Below, one piece after another: positions 23,101 to 36,393 of a stretch of 64,000 nucleotides of DNA. The stretch lies in assembly GCA_047967505.1 (NCBI GenBank), contig CM106538.1; one strand, given 5' to 3'. Origin of the DNA: Dipteris shenzhenensis (taxonomy: Eukaryota). The notes below the pieces were generated by a model. It saw nothing but the letters and a program-made list of their open reading frames with translations. It was not told the DNA's origin and did not search any database. The position numbers and the translations under genes are program-made. Position 1 is the stretch's first letter, and every line of letters starts with the position of its first letter.

Positions 23101-25027
23101 CTACATTAGGGACTGTATAATTATAGCAATTGTAAATTTCCATTTTGTAAATATTTGATAAGTAGTATTCAAAATTTGCTTAGTGGGGAGATCTAAAACA
23201 TTATTACAAATTTATTTTTGACAGTTAGAACCCTCAATAACTATGCTTGTGGAAATGGATGGAACTGGGTTGACAAGGCAAAGGAGACATAGAAGCCCAT
23301 CACATACCTATGAATTTGCCACCTTGATACGTGTGCTTGTGCATTAAAAGTGGTTTGGCAAGCCAATAGGAAACTAGGTATGTGTTGCAACCGTATAAAT
23401 TTGTGTCCTTAATTTTGATAGATGCGATGCAAGCAAATAGCAGCAGCTGTAATGGAGGAAAAGCATATTGTACTTTTCATACCTTCAAGAAATATATTGT
23501 GAATTAGCCAAGAGTGTAATTATTATGTTAAGCATTCAAAACGTGTTGCAGAGCAAAGTGGGATTTTTTTGTATTTGGTATTTCTCCAACCTGCTCTCTG
23601 GCTATATTTGTATATTGTGTGAGCTCTACTGTACCATTTAGCATACTATTAGACCTCATGGTGGGTGGATCTGTGAAAAAGATTGCTTTGTACTTGAGTG
23701 AATGCGAGGGAGGAGAATCCTCAAAACTATTCTTTTGGTGAGAACATAGCTTTGAGACTTGAGTGGGTGACAATTTCATGCAATGAACTATTCATGACTC
23801 GTCTCCTATGCTATCTAAGTTTTCTTAGGGCCCTTGATTTTAGGGGGAGATCCTTTCTTAATACACGTTTTCTAAACTAGCTTAAAAAAGAATTACCATA
23901 TTGACGGTACCCATAAGTGCACATAAATAGCATAGATGGTTGAAGGCTTTCGAGGGCCTAACAATAGCTATGCACATCCCATCTAATTTTTCTTTTGGTC
24001 ACTTCATCAAAATTTTCCATGTGAATTGTACAAAGTTTTATTCTCTCCATGAGTGCTTTGATAACATGTGACTTATGAAATTAGTTAACGTTTATTGTAA
24101 TTCGATGTCAAATTAAGTGATATGTTTGCTTGAGAGCATAATTGTCATTGTACAAGTGAAAAATCATGGTGGCCCAATGGAGGCATAAATACGACACCAA
24201 AGCTTGTTATTTGAATGGTATATTTGCAAAGTACATACCAATATTGCATATATAATTTGTGCCCATCAACAAACTAAATGAAAAGTTTATAAAAACAAGT
24301 ATTCTCTAAATTTGATATGTTTTTGAATTGCTAAAGAATCTTCATTTGTAGTTGTCAAGATTTTAAGTTTGTTTGTATTAAGTACCTTGTTGTGTCAAAT
24401 AGAATCACTTAGGTTTGTTGTGTGAAATAACATCATGCAGGCATGCACTTCGGATGGTTAGTTATAAATATGAACCATGACAAAACATGGATCTTTAAAC
24501 TTTCAATGCTCATTCATAAGCCTCTATGCAAACCTCAAGTATACCTTGGGTTGATTTGGAGCTCTTAAGTGAGGTGTAAGTGTGAATTCATTCACTAGGT
24601 AAAAGTCCTAGTTTCAATAAGAATCATTGTTTGAAGGACACTTTCAAAATTTTAAAAATAAAAGAAATACTTGAACCATTGCAACACATGGATCAACTAT
24701 CAAACATCAGTTGGCCAATGCTCATTCACAAGCCACCCTACAAACTTTCACTTTTAGACTTTGCCATCCCTACTCAAATTTTTAAGTACCAAAACTTAAC
24801 TCTTTCCTTACAAGCAACACTCTTCTCTTGAACTTCGCCTTATTTCTCTCATATTCCATTTTTTAAAGTCTCTACAATATCTTCATAATAGTTTGGAGAA
24901 AGTTGGAGCTCTCTCAAGCATTTGTCGTTCTTTAGTGGACAATTTCTAGGAAATGCTATATCTTGAAGTTACGAACATGTATATCAATTCCAATTATTTT
25001 TATGTTTTGTTCTTTTCCTTCTACCCA

Positions 25028-25028
<1 letters not shown>

Positions 25029-25107
<79 letters not shown>
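25029..25107. repeat. (TG)n(AG)n microsatellite
   Basis: Directly visible. Confidence 0.95.
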
Positions 25108-25110
<3 letters not shown>

Positions 25111-25630
25111 ATCCAACGGTGACTCACGTGTCGTGGGGATCTTGCAGGAACGTCAATGGAGTACTCCAAACTACTTTGGGTTGAGAGCAATGCATGCAAA
25201 TGCCATCCACATGTCACTCTAGCGACTCCGGCTTGTTGCAATCGTGAAACCATAAAAAGAAGAAGGAGAGGGGAGGGGAGTGGAGAAGGGAGAGGAGGAG
25301 GAGGAGAAGAAGAAGAATGGAAGAGGATAAGAGAACATGGCATTTACGGAAGGCACTCTCACAGGAGGTAACAAGAGACAACTCCAAAGAGGAGGAGGAC
25401 AGCTTGTATTCTAATGTGTGCAACCAACAAGTGAAGACTAAACTCCACCATTTGTGAATTTGCCACCTTTTGAAGGGAGGACCAACCCTAATATCTTTAT
25501 ACCACTCTCTTTCCTCATTCTTTACAATCAACTTGGCCTATTTGGCTCCAAGGCACAATCCTAGCTCTATGGACTTGCCACTATCCATCAAATGACATCA
25601 CTAACTAGCGATGGCATAGTGTTAACCAAT
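25108..25630 (-). repeat. ~520-bp dispersed repeat, inverted copy of 31016-31539
   Basis: The reverse complement aligns end to end with 31016-31539 (e.g. cctagctctatggacttgccactatccatcaaatgacatcactaac vs gttagtgatgtcatttgatggatagtggcaagtccatagagctagg). Confidence 0.9.
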
Positions 25631-26719
25631 TCATTAACACGACCCCCTTCTTGATATGATCTCAATCCGATCGTCTGGATTGTTCAAAGGTCGTGGTTGT
25701 TGGAGCGCTATCAATGAAGACCATTCCTAGTATGCACTTGTGTAAACTTTTGCCATTCGTAGTGCTTCATAGGTCTTCATTGGATTTTGTGTTGTGGAAT
25801 TGTTGCTGGGAAGATGGATATTGCATGTGGTAGCATTGGATTACACTATAATTGGCATGGCATGAGTGATTGCAATGGTGGAGGGATCAGGGCTAAGTAC
25901 TTGGGACCTTTCAAAGGAAGAAAAAGAAAAAGAAGAATCTAAGGTATAAGTTAGTAGGAAGAAGATGTCAGTAGGGGTTGATATAAGGTCCTAGTGGTGT
26001 TAGTGTTAAAAGAGTAAGTAAAGTGCATTCTCATGCTCCTTTTTAAGTTTCATATTTGATTTGAGTGGGACTTGTACTGGATTCTCATCCGACTATGTCT
26101 TTGACTTGCCATGTTTGTAAGTGTGAAATTTTGCATGACCTTGCCTCTCTAATTTGAAGTTTTTTCAAAATCCATTTTATGGATTATATTTCATTGAGGG
26201 ATTTGTTTGGAAGTATTTGAGCCGAAAGAGGTTGTGGCACCATTTGGACCTTTATTTTGTCCGAGTCATCAAATCCAGAGGAGTTTGATAATACACCTTA
26301 CAAACTCCTAAAATGAGGACTATGGCTAAAGAGGTGTATCATATTTTGGTTTCTAGGAAAGTCCTCTAAATTGAAATTGATATTACATTGGGAGGCTCAA
26401 ATGGTTAAGTGGATACTAGTGTTAAGCATAAAAAGGAAGACGAAAAAGAAGAAATAAAAAGAGGAGTGAGAGTTGGACTTAGTGAATGAAGGGGTTAGTA
26501 AATGAAAGTGAAAACAAATCTTTGATGATCACAAGATACTTGTCCGGACCCCTTTAGATTGGATCAACTTCACACCACTTGGACTACCTTGTTTAAGATA
26601 ATAGGATGCAGTGTTTACCTAGAAACACTCTAACTTGCAAAGCATTTTATAGAGTAAAAATGCTTGAAAAGAAAGAAATATAGAGACAAGTAGAGGAATT
26701 TCAAAAAAAGCATTGATAT

Positions 26720-27044
26720 TGTTGAGAGTTCACGCTCAACATCATGTGATCACGTGTGCATAGCACCATTATGTGATCATATGTGCTCAACATCATGTGA
26801 TCACGTGTGCATAGCACCATTATGTGATCATATGTGCATAGCACTAACCATATAGAGTGCTATGAAGGAAAGGGTTAGATCCCCTAACCCTAACCCTAAC
26901 GCTAAAGGGGTTTGTATATATTCTATGTTTTCAACTAAATCTCAGTACAGTTAGTCATTTGTGGTGTGCTCTCTAGTTGTGCCCTCTCTCCTCATCTCCA
27001 CTCTTCTCCTCTCCCCTCTTCATATTTTGTCATGGTATCAGAGC
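26720..27044 (+). mobile_element. short LTR followed by tRNA-Met PBS (truncated LTR element)
   Basis: ...ttttgtCA at 27032 is followed directly by TGGTATCAGAGC (27033-27044). The TG start at 26720 is tentative. Contains a ~51-bp tandem repeat, (CCCTAA)3 and a TATA-like tatata. No partner LTR found. Confidence 0.7.
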
Positions 27045-28229
27045 TCCCTTGCCTTCCGTTGAGGCATTGCGATTCTTGAGAGAGTGAGAGTGATTGAGAG
27101 ATTGAGAGTTCTCTTGAGTGTTCTTCGTGAGAGTCCACTTCCGATGAGAGATCTTCATCCATTCTTTGAGAGAAAAATTCCGTTCATTTTGGAAGAAATT
27201 CCTTCCATTTCCGTTCATTGCTTGAGTTTTTTGTGAGGATTTCTCTTCATTTCATTGCAATATTATGAGTGATTCTGAGAGATTGTGAGAGAAATATAGG
27301 GAGAGAGAGAGAGAAAGCTACTCCTCTGTATTCTAACTAATTGAGAGAGATAGAGCTATTAGAGATAGCCACATGCACTTAGTCATTTGTGTAAGCTTTG
27401 AGATGTGGAGGTAAATCAATACACATAGCGTGCAAGCAAGCTTCTCTGCAACTGTAAGTGCTCACGACTCCCATCATCAACAAGCATTGTGACTCCAACT
27501 ACATGAGATCACCTCCTTCACCAATCTCCTTTTACATCAGTAGCTGCTTCAAGGTCCTCTACATGAACTTCTGTACCTCTAAGGCTCTCAACCATCGAGC
27601 CTTAGTGCCCGGTAGCTTGACTCGCTGCCAACATCCTTGCTTCCATTTCCTTCAGTAGCGTGACAGCTCCATAGCCGAGACTCGACCGGCCATGGAGGCT
27701 CCTCACATAGCGCTTAGCCATCTCTGGTCGAAACGTAGTCTCTTCAAAGCATCCAGCCCAAAGACTGCTTCAGATCAAACGGGACGACAGGGTGCTCAAC
27801 TCCAAGGATAGGATCAGCAAGCACTTCAGATTACGGCTCCCAGAGCCTCTCCAACGATCGGTTCACAGTACCTTCTCCACAGTACCAAGGTGGCTCCTCC
27901 AATTAGCTACGCCAGTCGACCTTTAACAATATCCAACAAATGCTCCATTTTGAGATGCCCGCGAACTGCGCCAACCTCTCGACTAGTTCACAGAACGTAG
28001 CACAAACAAGGCTCCACCATCCAAGCCTTGCTCCTACAAGCAAGCTCCTTACACTTGCCTCCAGCAACCAAAGTAGCTACAGCCACCGCCTACCACCAAT
28101 GCAGTCGGGACGAGCAGAGCATTCAGACTCTATGACAGCGAACGGACCCCATCGACGCCACACAATCAATGAAGGCTAAGCAACCGAATCCTGAATATTC
28201 CGTCCGGCACACAGATTTCAATAGCCCAC

Positions 28230-29600
28230 ACTAGAGAGAATATCTCATCAAAGTCCACACCCTTCCCTTGCTTAAGCCCTTTAGCAACCAAATGGGCCTT
28301 GTAGTTAGGCACATCATCACCTGTGACCATCTTGTAGACCCATTTACATGGCAATGCTTTCTTTTCATGTAGCAAAGAAACTAAGTCCCAAGTATTATTC
28401 TTTATGAGTGAACTCATCTCTGATTGCATAGCATGCTCCCACTTGCGTTGATCCTCGCGCATTATAGCATCTTTGTAGCAAGAAGGCTCCTTGCAATCAG
28501 TAAGCATCACATAGTCTACCCCTAGAACAAATCTCTCAGGTGGTCTAGACACTCTAGATGTTCTTCTCAAGGGCATTTTAGCTTGTTGTCCCGCCTGCAT
28601 ATCAACCACATTTGGCTCATCATTGCCACCAATAGATGATTGTGTACCTGTGGGAGTACTTGGTGGCACCATTTTGTGCACGTTCGATGCATGGATAGCT
28701 TGCTGTCTATCAACATATGCGGGTGGATTCACATCCTGGAAAGTGATTCTCCTCATTTCCACATCCCTCATGGTTGGCTTATGCATCTTCTTCTCATTGA
28801 AAACCACATCATGGCTTCGTATGATTTTCTTTACTTCTGGATCCTAGAGACGATAGCCCATCTCTCCACTTTCACCATAACCGAGAAAGATGCATTTCCT
28901 AAACTTAGGATCTAGCTTTCTTCCGAAGCTCTTTTAGCACATGTGCATATGCCTCACACCCAAATATATGCAAATGAGAGTAAGAGGGCTTCTTGTCACT
29001 CCATGCCTCTGCAAGAATACCACCATCCAAACTCTTGCCAAGTGATCTATTGATCACATGCACTACAGTCTTCATTGCCTCAGCCCAAAAACCACTAGAA
29101 AGACTTGCAATAGAAAGCATACATTGCAACCTTTCTTGAATGGTGCGGTTCATCTATTCTGCAATTGGATTCTGCTCTTGAGTACGAGGGGATGTGGGCT
29201 TCCTCTTGATCCCACGTGTATCACAAAAATGCTGAAAGTCATGAGAGATATACTCTCCACCATTATTAATCCATAGGCATTTAAACGTTCTACCTGACTG
29301 ATTTTCAGCCAAAGCCAACCATTTTTGAAATACCTGAAACACATCACTCTTTTGAGCTATAGCATAAGCCCACACTTTCCTAGTTGCGTCATCAATGAAT
29401 GTCACATAGTATTCTCAGCCCTGCCTAATGACCGTGTAGGCATGGGACCACATACATATGAATGCACCAAATCAAGCCTTTCAAGCTCTTTCTTTCCCCT
29501 TCTTTTATGGGTTGATTTAGTATGCTTCCCATAGAGACAGTGCTCACGAAATTCAAAATAAAAAAAAACTCAAATGCTGTACATAACCTAAATGGCATAA
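28230..29600 (-). mobile_element. Copia pol fragment (GAG-pre-integrase, integrase, start of RT)
   Basis: TFIDDATRKVWAY, INNGGEY, MNRTIQERLQCML...FWAEAMKTVVHVINRS...HIFGCEAYAH, EPSCYKDA...WEHAMQSEMSSLIKNNTWDLV...CKWVYK...GVDFDEIFS. Confidence 0.93.
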
Positions 29601-29699
29601 GAGTTTTGTTCCATATATCTTAGTCCACCATTAGATTATGCAAGAAAAGTTCACCATGACACCACTCCAGAATGATGCCATCTTCCACATGGTGACATA

Positions 29700-30970
29700 T
29701 CTTCATAGTGTTTGGACTTTTCCTAGCTAGAGACTATCGAGGCCTGCACTACTAGATTCATCTAGATGGCTAGCTGAGAGAGACGACATTAGCATAACCT
29801 GGTATGCAGGCATATTCATATGGTTTGCTAGTCAAGGCATTCAAATGGATACTGCCTCCCCACTTCTAGTACAACTTGGATTCCCCATCCCCCCCATTCC
29901 AAGAGATGAGATCAACCATATCATACAGTTGGATCTTCTCTAGCTCTATAGATCACAAACTTGGGGGGGGAGGGGATAGGGGGGGCAAGAGTTCCCTACC
30001 ACAATCACTTCATTAAAGTATCAAAGAATGGAATGATTATCAAACCCCAATATCTAGAGGGCCCACAAGTATCACATGCACTGGGGATTTCCATCAGACA
30101 ATTGTGGGTTGCATCCCAACAACCAAGGATCAATGCAAGAGCCATTGGTCTGCGTAGAGAGTGGTTGACCTATAGGTCATGCTCATTGGTAGAGGTGGAG
30201 ATAGAGGAGCGATTCCTATGTACTTGCATAGTCTACTATGAGATCCAAGGATGGTACTACAGTCTCTTTTAGGAGGCGCATTATTTTAGGCCACTCTCTT
30301 AGCTATTGCACTTTCATGTTTAGGTCTATGTTGGTCTCTATCTAGTGGAGGTAGCACCATACAAAAAAACCCTATTACAGCAGATCAGACAGCAGGAGGG
30401 GACAGGACCACAATAGATAGAGCTATATCAGGCATAAAAACATGTCATCAACTTCTATGCATTCAAGTCACCCTTGAGACATAGTGGAATAGAGGAGTAG
30501 GAGATAGCTCACATAAGAGAAGAGGGGATCAATGGGAAGAGATGATGCACCTGGCTAAGCCAAAGACATATAGACTACACACAATGTAGAGGGTGACCAA
30601 AGCACATACAATGGAGGTTCAACGTATCTTGGATTTCTTCACAGGAGACCGCCGTCCGAGACAAGATGTCACTCGTGATATGGCCCATCAGATATGAATA
30701 TCATCGAGACCATGCGTCCCACCACCACAGCAAGAGATAACTCAATAGACATAGCTATGAGACATCTTTGCATCCCATAGAAGAGCCACCATGGCACTAG
30801 GATATGTATTTTGAGCACTAGTTTTGAGTGTTTGATTTTCTAGATTATTAGCATAGAACTTAGTAAGGGCCTTAGCAAGCCCTTTTCCTCAACCCACAGT
30901 GATTTGTATGAGTTATAATTTTATTGTACTTTGTCTCATAGGCCCACGAGGCCTCTTGAAGACATTAATA

Positions 30971-31007
<37 letters not shown>
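29700..31007 (+). mobile_element. 5'-truncated RTE-X-like LINE with 3' (CT)n tail
   Basis: ISIRQLWVASQQPRI...RSCSLVEVEIEERFLCTCIVYYEIQGWY is homologous to 1510-1790. The element ends ...gacattaatacat(ct)n at 30973-31007. Confidence 0.7.
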
Positions 31008-31011
<4 letters not shown>

Positions 31012-31015
31012 AGCG

Positions 31016-31539
31016 ATTGGTTAAGAATATGCCACCACTGGTTAGTGATGTCATTTGATGGATAGTGGCAAGTCCATAGAGCTAGGATTGTGCCTTGGAG
31101 CTAAATAGTCCCAATATGATTGTAAAGAATGAGGAAAGAGAGTGGTATAAAGAGATTAGGGTTGGCCCTCCCTTCAAAAGGTGGCATGTATAAAAGTCCA
31201 AATGGTTGACTTTGGTCTTCACTTGTTTGTTGCACACGTTGGAATGCAAGCTTTCCTTCCTCCTCTTTGGAGTTGTCTCTTGCTACCTCATAGTACCTTT
31301 CATGAATGCCATGTTCTCTTCTCCTCTTCCCTTCTTCTTCTTCTCCTCCTCTCCCTTCTCCACTCCCCTCCCCTCTCCTTCTTCTTCTCTATATGTTCAC
31401 GATCACAGCAAGCTAGGAGTCGCTAGAGTGACACTAGTGGATGGCATTTGCATACATTACTCTCAACCCAGAATAGTTTGGAGTACTCAATCGGTGTTCC
31501 TACAAGATTCCCATGACACATGAGTTACCGCTAGAAACT
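31016..31539 (+). repeat. ~520-bp dispersed repeat, inverted copy of 25108-25630; possibly part of the downstream Gypsy LTR
   Basis: See partner. Contains tataaaa (~31189) followed by a CT-rich tract, an LTR-like layout. Confidence 0.85.
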
Positions 31540-32346
31540 ACATATTTTTAGCATTGCTACCGAGGAGTTTCAGGTGGGCTTTTGCATTGCATTTGCTTCT
31601 CTCATTACCCACCCATTGCCCAACACTGAGTATTGTAGGGAAGAGGTGTTTGTTTTGGTGTATAGGAAGGTGTGAGTGAAAGAGAGGCATTGAAAGTCAT
31701 TTGGACGGATTTTGAAGTGATTTTGGTGTCTTTTAGTGTGTAAAGTTTGTAGAAAGGTAGATTGGGTGATTGCTAAGATATGTATGACAACAAATCTTAA
31801 CAAAAACACTAAGAAATGATGCTAAGAGTGATTTTCGTAGTGGTTTGAAAGGAGAAAACTGTCACTTTTTGCAAGACACCCATTTGTCCTTCAAAAGTTG
31901 TTTTTTCTTATTGTTTTTTGCATTGAGTAGGTCGATTGGGTAGTGTAGCACCCCCGTACACAAAAAATCTTGAACAAAAATTCTAAAAGTCATGGCCAAA
32001 AAACCAATCGGCAAAACTACATGTCCGTGTGCCATTGCATTAATCTTAAAGGAGCAGGTCCTACAATTGTTCGCTGCTACAATAAAGCAGCGGGTCCTCA
32101 AGTCACTGCTATGTCGTTGCTTTAACAGTTGTTGCTTTATCAATTACTACCTTATTATTAGTTATGGATTTATGAGTCACACTGCTTTAGCAAGTCACTG
32201 CATTAGCATTAATGCAATGACAAAAAATTGGTAGTTCATCTTCGACGCATAGTCAAAGGGGTAGCTGCCACAAGGGGCCGCCCCTTGACTCCATGTCGAA
32301 GCGGAATCAACTTAGAATTGGGGCCTCAACTGTGTTGATCAACACA

Positions 32347-35300
32347 TGCACTTGAGATCAGGAAGAGTTTTAAGAGTTGATCTTCAGCCTGAGGATATTG
32401 CCTCAAATACCCTCTTGTCGAGTTATACATCTAGCTCTATATTTATAGGGTCAGCAAGCTCAAAAAATAGTTCTTACGCTGTGCACAAACCAACGTAAGG
32501 TGACCTGTCTAGCTCAAAAGAGTCCATAACCCTGGACAAAGACATGGGAGAGCTCGCCAATGTTAGATCCTCAGTGGCTCCAAGCACCAACTTTAATGAT
32601 CCTTAGTCTCCTACCCCTTCTACAACAACTAGATTAAGGGGAACCTTTTCCAATTTTATGGGTATGCTTAGACTAATTGAACCAACAGACATACTAAACC
32701 CATTGTCTAGGGAGAATGGGGTGCAGGGGAACATCAACTGTCAGTCCCCAGCCACCACCAAAGGAAAAAACAATGTTTAGGGAACCAAGTCCCATTGTAT
32801 CTACTGGCAATGAACTACCACCATATCCCTGCTTTGAGGAAAGCCAGTTATATAGGGGTGAATTTGGTCCCAGACCACCCCAAGAGTTTCAAATGCCAAG
32901 ACCATCCCCAATGATAATCTCTTATAGGCCTATGCCTAGGGAGAACATGCCATCCCCCAGAGGACCTTTACACCCACCTATTAAGCCTAATCAACCTCAA
33001 GTCACAATGCAAATGCCTGGGGAGAACATGCCACCCCCCAAAGGACCTTTACACCCACCTATTAGGCCTAATCAACCTCAAGTCACAATGCAAATGCCTA
33101 GTGGGTCAAGATCCTGGAATTGTACATTTGTATAGCAACCAAATACATGGAACCCTTCATCAAGACCACCAATGTATAGAGCAGGGTCACCATATTCTCA
33201 AGCTCTGCGTACTCCACAAACGTTACTTATCGAGGCAATGAGAATCCTAGTGGAAGCACTAGGAAGGGGGCCACACCTCTAATATTTATGAGAAGAGACA
33301 AAAATCCTTCTAGAGGTAAACCCATCATGATCTCTAAGTTAATCACTAAGTTCTTAGGGGAAGGAGACTCAGTCTCCCATGTTGAGCGTTTTGAGAAAAT
33401 CTCTGAGACATTTGGTGATATTGGGGATCTAGACAAGGTCAATGCTTTTTGGCTTAAGCCTTGATGGGAAAGCTGGACAATGGTTTAGATCACTGAGTCC
33501 AGAGGAGAAAATTAATTGGGACACGTTGTGAAAGTCCTTCATAGTGGGGTTTGCCACTAGTGGACCCAAGTGGAATCCACTTAACCAACTCTATGAGGTA
33601 AAGCAAAAAGAGGCCGATTCTCTTCGAGATTATATTGCTAGAATCAAACACTTGAACTCTCGTTGTGAACCTCATGAGAGAATAAGTGATGCAAAACTAT
33701 TGCCATGCTTCCTCATAGGTTTCTGGTACTACAAGCTTCATGACCATCTTTTTACCATGAATCCCATGGCTTTTGAGTTGTGCAGCAATGCTGTCGTGCA
33801 CTTAGATGAAAACATGAAAGGAAAGGCCCAAGGAGGGAAGACCACATTTGCCTCCTCAAAAGTATCCCAGACCTTGAATCCCACTATATAAAGTGAAGTC
33901 CAAGAGACAACCCCTAGGAAGTGGCTAATAATTTATTAAATCAAGTAAGCCAGCAATTGCAAGGAGGGATGGCCAAGGAAGCCCCTAATAGTTCCCACCT
34001 ATTCCCAAGTGATGATAATGTGTAGTGTGGACTCTATACTGGGAACCCATTCCACCAATGAGTGCCCTCGCCCTCAGAAAAGGCTAGCACTCTATTGTGC
34101 CCATTGTGCACAATGGGGGAATCATGAGGCATCACAACGTCGATATCCTAAGATCATTCCCCAACCAATGTACCAGCACTGGCCACCTCTTACTTTACCC
34201 ACACCACCAGATCCATCCAACCAGGGATAATTACCAATACAAGGAGCCACTCCTGCCATCTAAGGAAAATCTAGGGCTCAAAATCTCATGTTACTCCCAC
34301 CCATACTTGGACCTCAACCCCCACGACCACGACTCACTCCCATGAATCAAGTATTAGGGGAGGAACTACCTAGTCATTGGGAAGCACCATTGTGCACAAG
34401 GTGTGGAGTTGACCGCCTCTATAATGATTGCTCAATACGCAGACCAACGGCACCAACTACTACACCTACAAATACAAGTCTTAATCTTCTCAGCATTGAG
34501 AGAGGCCAAGGGTCCTTTGTATCCTTAAATGTACTTACAAGGGCCCAGGCTAAGTCACTTAGCAAGGAACTTCGTAAAAGTAGGCCAAAAGAAATAATGC
34601 TAGTACATCCCAACCTAGAGAGGTGAATAAAAAGTGTGTAGTTAAGGTGGGAAAAGGTTTTGACAAGGTGATTATCCAAAATGGATCTGATGAGGACACA
34701 ACCACCTTTTCCACCTCATCTTCTTCTACTCATACTCCCTCAGTTGATAAGCAATTCAATCAACCACCAAAAGAAGGGGGTGACACTTGGGAAGTGTTGA
34801 ATCATAGGAAACCTATGACCCCCAAAGGTCAAGGTGAATACCCAAACCCTATCATTGAGAAATAACGCCTCACCGAGGCACAACAGCTGGTACGTGATTG
34901 CCAAGAAAAATTTGAGCAATGGATCAAAGGCTAGCAAGGGGCTGGAAACCATCCATCCTAGCTACCAAACCTTCAATAGAGCTCGTAAAGCCTCTCCCAT
35001 ATTCAAAAGAGTAGACGAGGAACAGTCACAAGGTTCATTAGCAGGACATTCACTCCTAAGGCATAAGATGTTCTCAAAGAGGACCATGCATGGCACCAAG
35101 CATGAGAAGAGGAAAACATGTCCATTCATGGGTCCAAAGAGCCATAATTAATTGGCGGTGAACCGATCACATAGCCTCGAGATGTAGCCAGACTAGCTAT
35201 ATTCCTATCCATTGAGATTAAGATGCCCATCACGACACTATTATGGGGTAATCCCATTCTATGGAAGGACCTCTCGCATTGGATGAATGGATAAATAGTA

Positions 35301-36130
35301 GCTCTTGAGTCCATTGATCTTGAGATAGTCGAACCACCAAATGACCCCCAACACTTCCCAAGGTACCCTCAACAAATTGGGCCAGTACTTTGAAAGTGAT
35401 GACACCAACGCAGTACTTCCCATCTCCTACCAAGGTAAGAGCGTTACTAAAATCTTGGATGGAGGAGCTAGTGTAAGCATAGTCACTAAGCAGTGCTGGA
35501 CCAAGTGGGGATGGCCAAAGATGAATAGCACAAACCTTGTAGTCAAATTAGCTGATGGAGCAACAGCCCAACATGTAGGAGTTCTAAGAGACATCAAGAT
35601 TAAGACATTTGGTCTAATCTATCAAGTGTGCTTTGTTGTAATGGACTTTCCCAACCAATCGGACGGCTATGACATCATATTGGGTAGACCTTTCATGCGA
35701 ACTACAGGATTGGTCCATGAGTAGAGCTTAAATAGAATATATTTGCGTAAGGATGAGCAAGTCATGAGGGTGGATCTCCAAACTTGGGAGGCTCACCCTA
35801 TATCGGGGAATCTATTTGTAGCTGAATCTCACACCACCAATAGTTGACAACAGTAAACGTATTTAAAGCTTATAAGAAAGAGGAAAATGAGCAGAGTCCT
35901 GAAGACTCTTGGTTTTCTCCTCTACCAGAGTTAGAAGAATCTACAAATTGGATCCATACACTGGCCACGATAGACCTGCCAAGTTCTAAAGGAACTCAAT
36001 TTATGCACCTTGACAATGATAAGCCTACCGCCATCACACCTTTTTACACCATAAGAGAGGTGCGACCTAATTGAGTTGAACTTGCAATTGAGAATTCCAT
36101 TGATACTAAGGAGATTAATATTGCTCCATC
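32347..36130 (+). mobile_element. Ty3/Gypsy-type gag-protease region, degenerate
   Basis: MHLRSGR start, a Pro-rich region with an 84-bp duplication, gag core (KFLGEGDSVSHVERFE; QKEADSLRDYIAR), Cys/His knuckles, and protease ILDGGASVSIV...YDIILGRPFM. RT not seen. Confidence 0.82.
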
Positions 36131-36222
36131 TCAACTTTGGGTAGAGCTAACATGAACGGGTGCAACATGTCGAATACAAGTCTTGGCAGATGATCGAGCA
36201 AGCAACAACCTCGTCTCCGCGA

Positions 36223-36393
36223 AATGAATTAAACCAGCCATCTAAGTATATAAAATGATAAGCCAAAAAGCAGAGAAAGAACTGTTGGGCTAGTAGATGG
36301 GCCCATCTGCTTGGACATTCTACTAGCCCAACAGTTCTTTCTAGGCTTTTTGGCTGATCATTTCATATACTTGGATGGTTGGTTTAATTCATT
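36223..36393. repeat. long near-perfect inverted repeat (hairpin)
   Basis: ~75-bp arms (aatgaattaaaccagcc...gaaagaactgttgggctagtaga / tctactagcccaacagttctttc...ggttggtttaattcatt) with a ~21-nt loop. Confidence 0.9.

Noticed and set aside
23895-23925. IDGTHK as a MULE catalytic motif
   Set aside because: It is isolated, lies downstream of the CxWH-like motif (wrong order for that remnant) and has no supporting flanking motifs.
26735-26845. CRISPR-like array from short tandem repeats (also 20122-20282 and 50600-50775)
   Set aside because: Only two adjacent copies, no unique spacers, eukaryotic context and no cas genes.
27440-28225. GC-rich stretch with GRNIQDSV on the minus strand as an L1 RT piece
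   Set aside because: Only one short motif; I could not find downstream RT motifs, so it is left unassigned.
27033-29600. Single Copia element combining the PBS at 27033 with pol at 28230-29600
   Set aside because: The PBS is on the plus strand and pol is on the minus strand, so they are separate elements.
32716-33135. Proline-rich host protein (extensin-like)
   Set aside because: It lies between the gag start and gag core of a Gypsy remnant and has no signal peptide.
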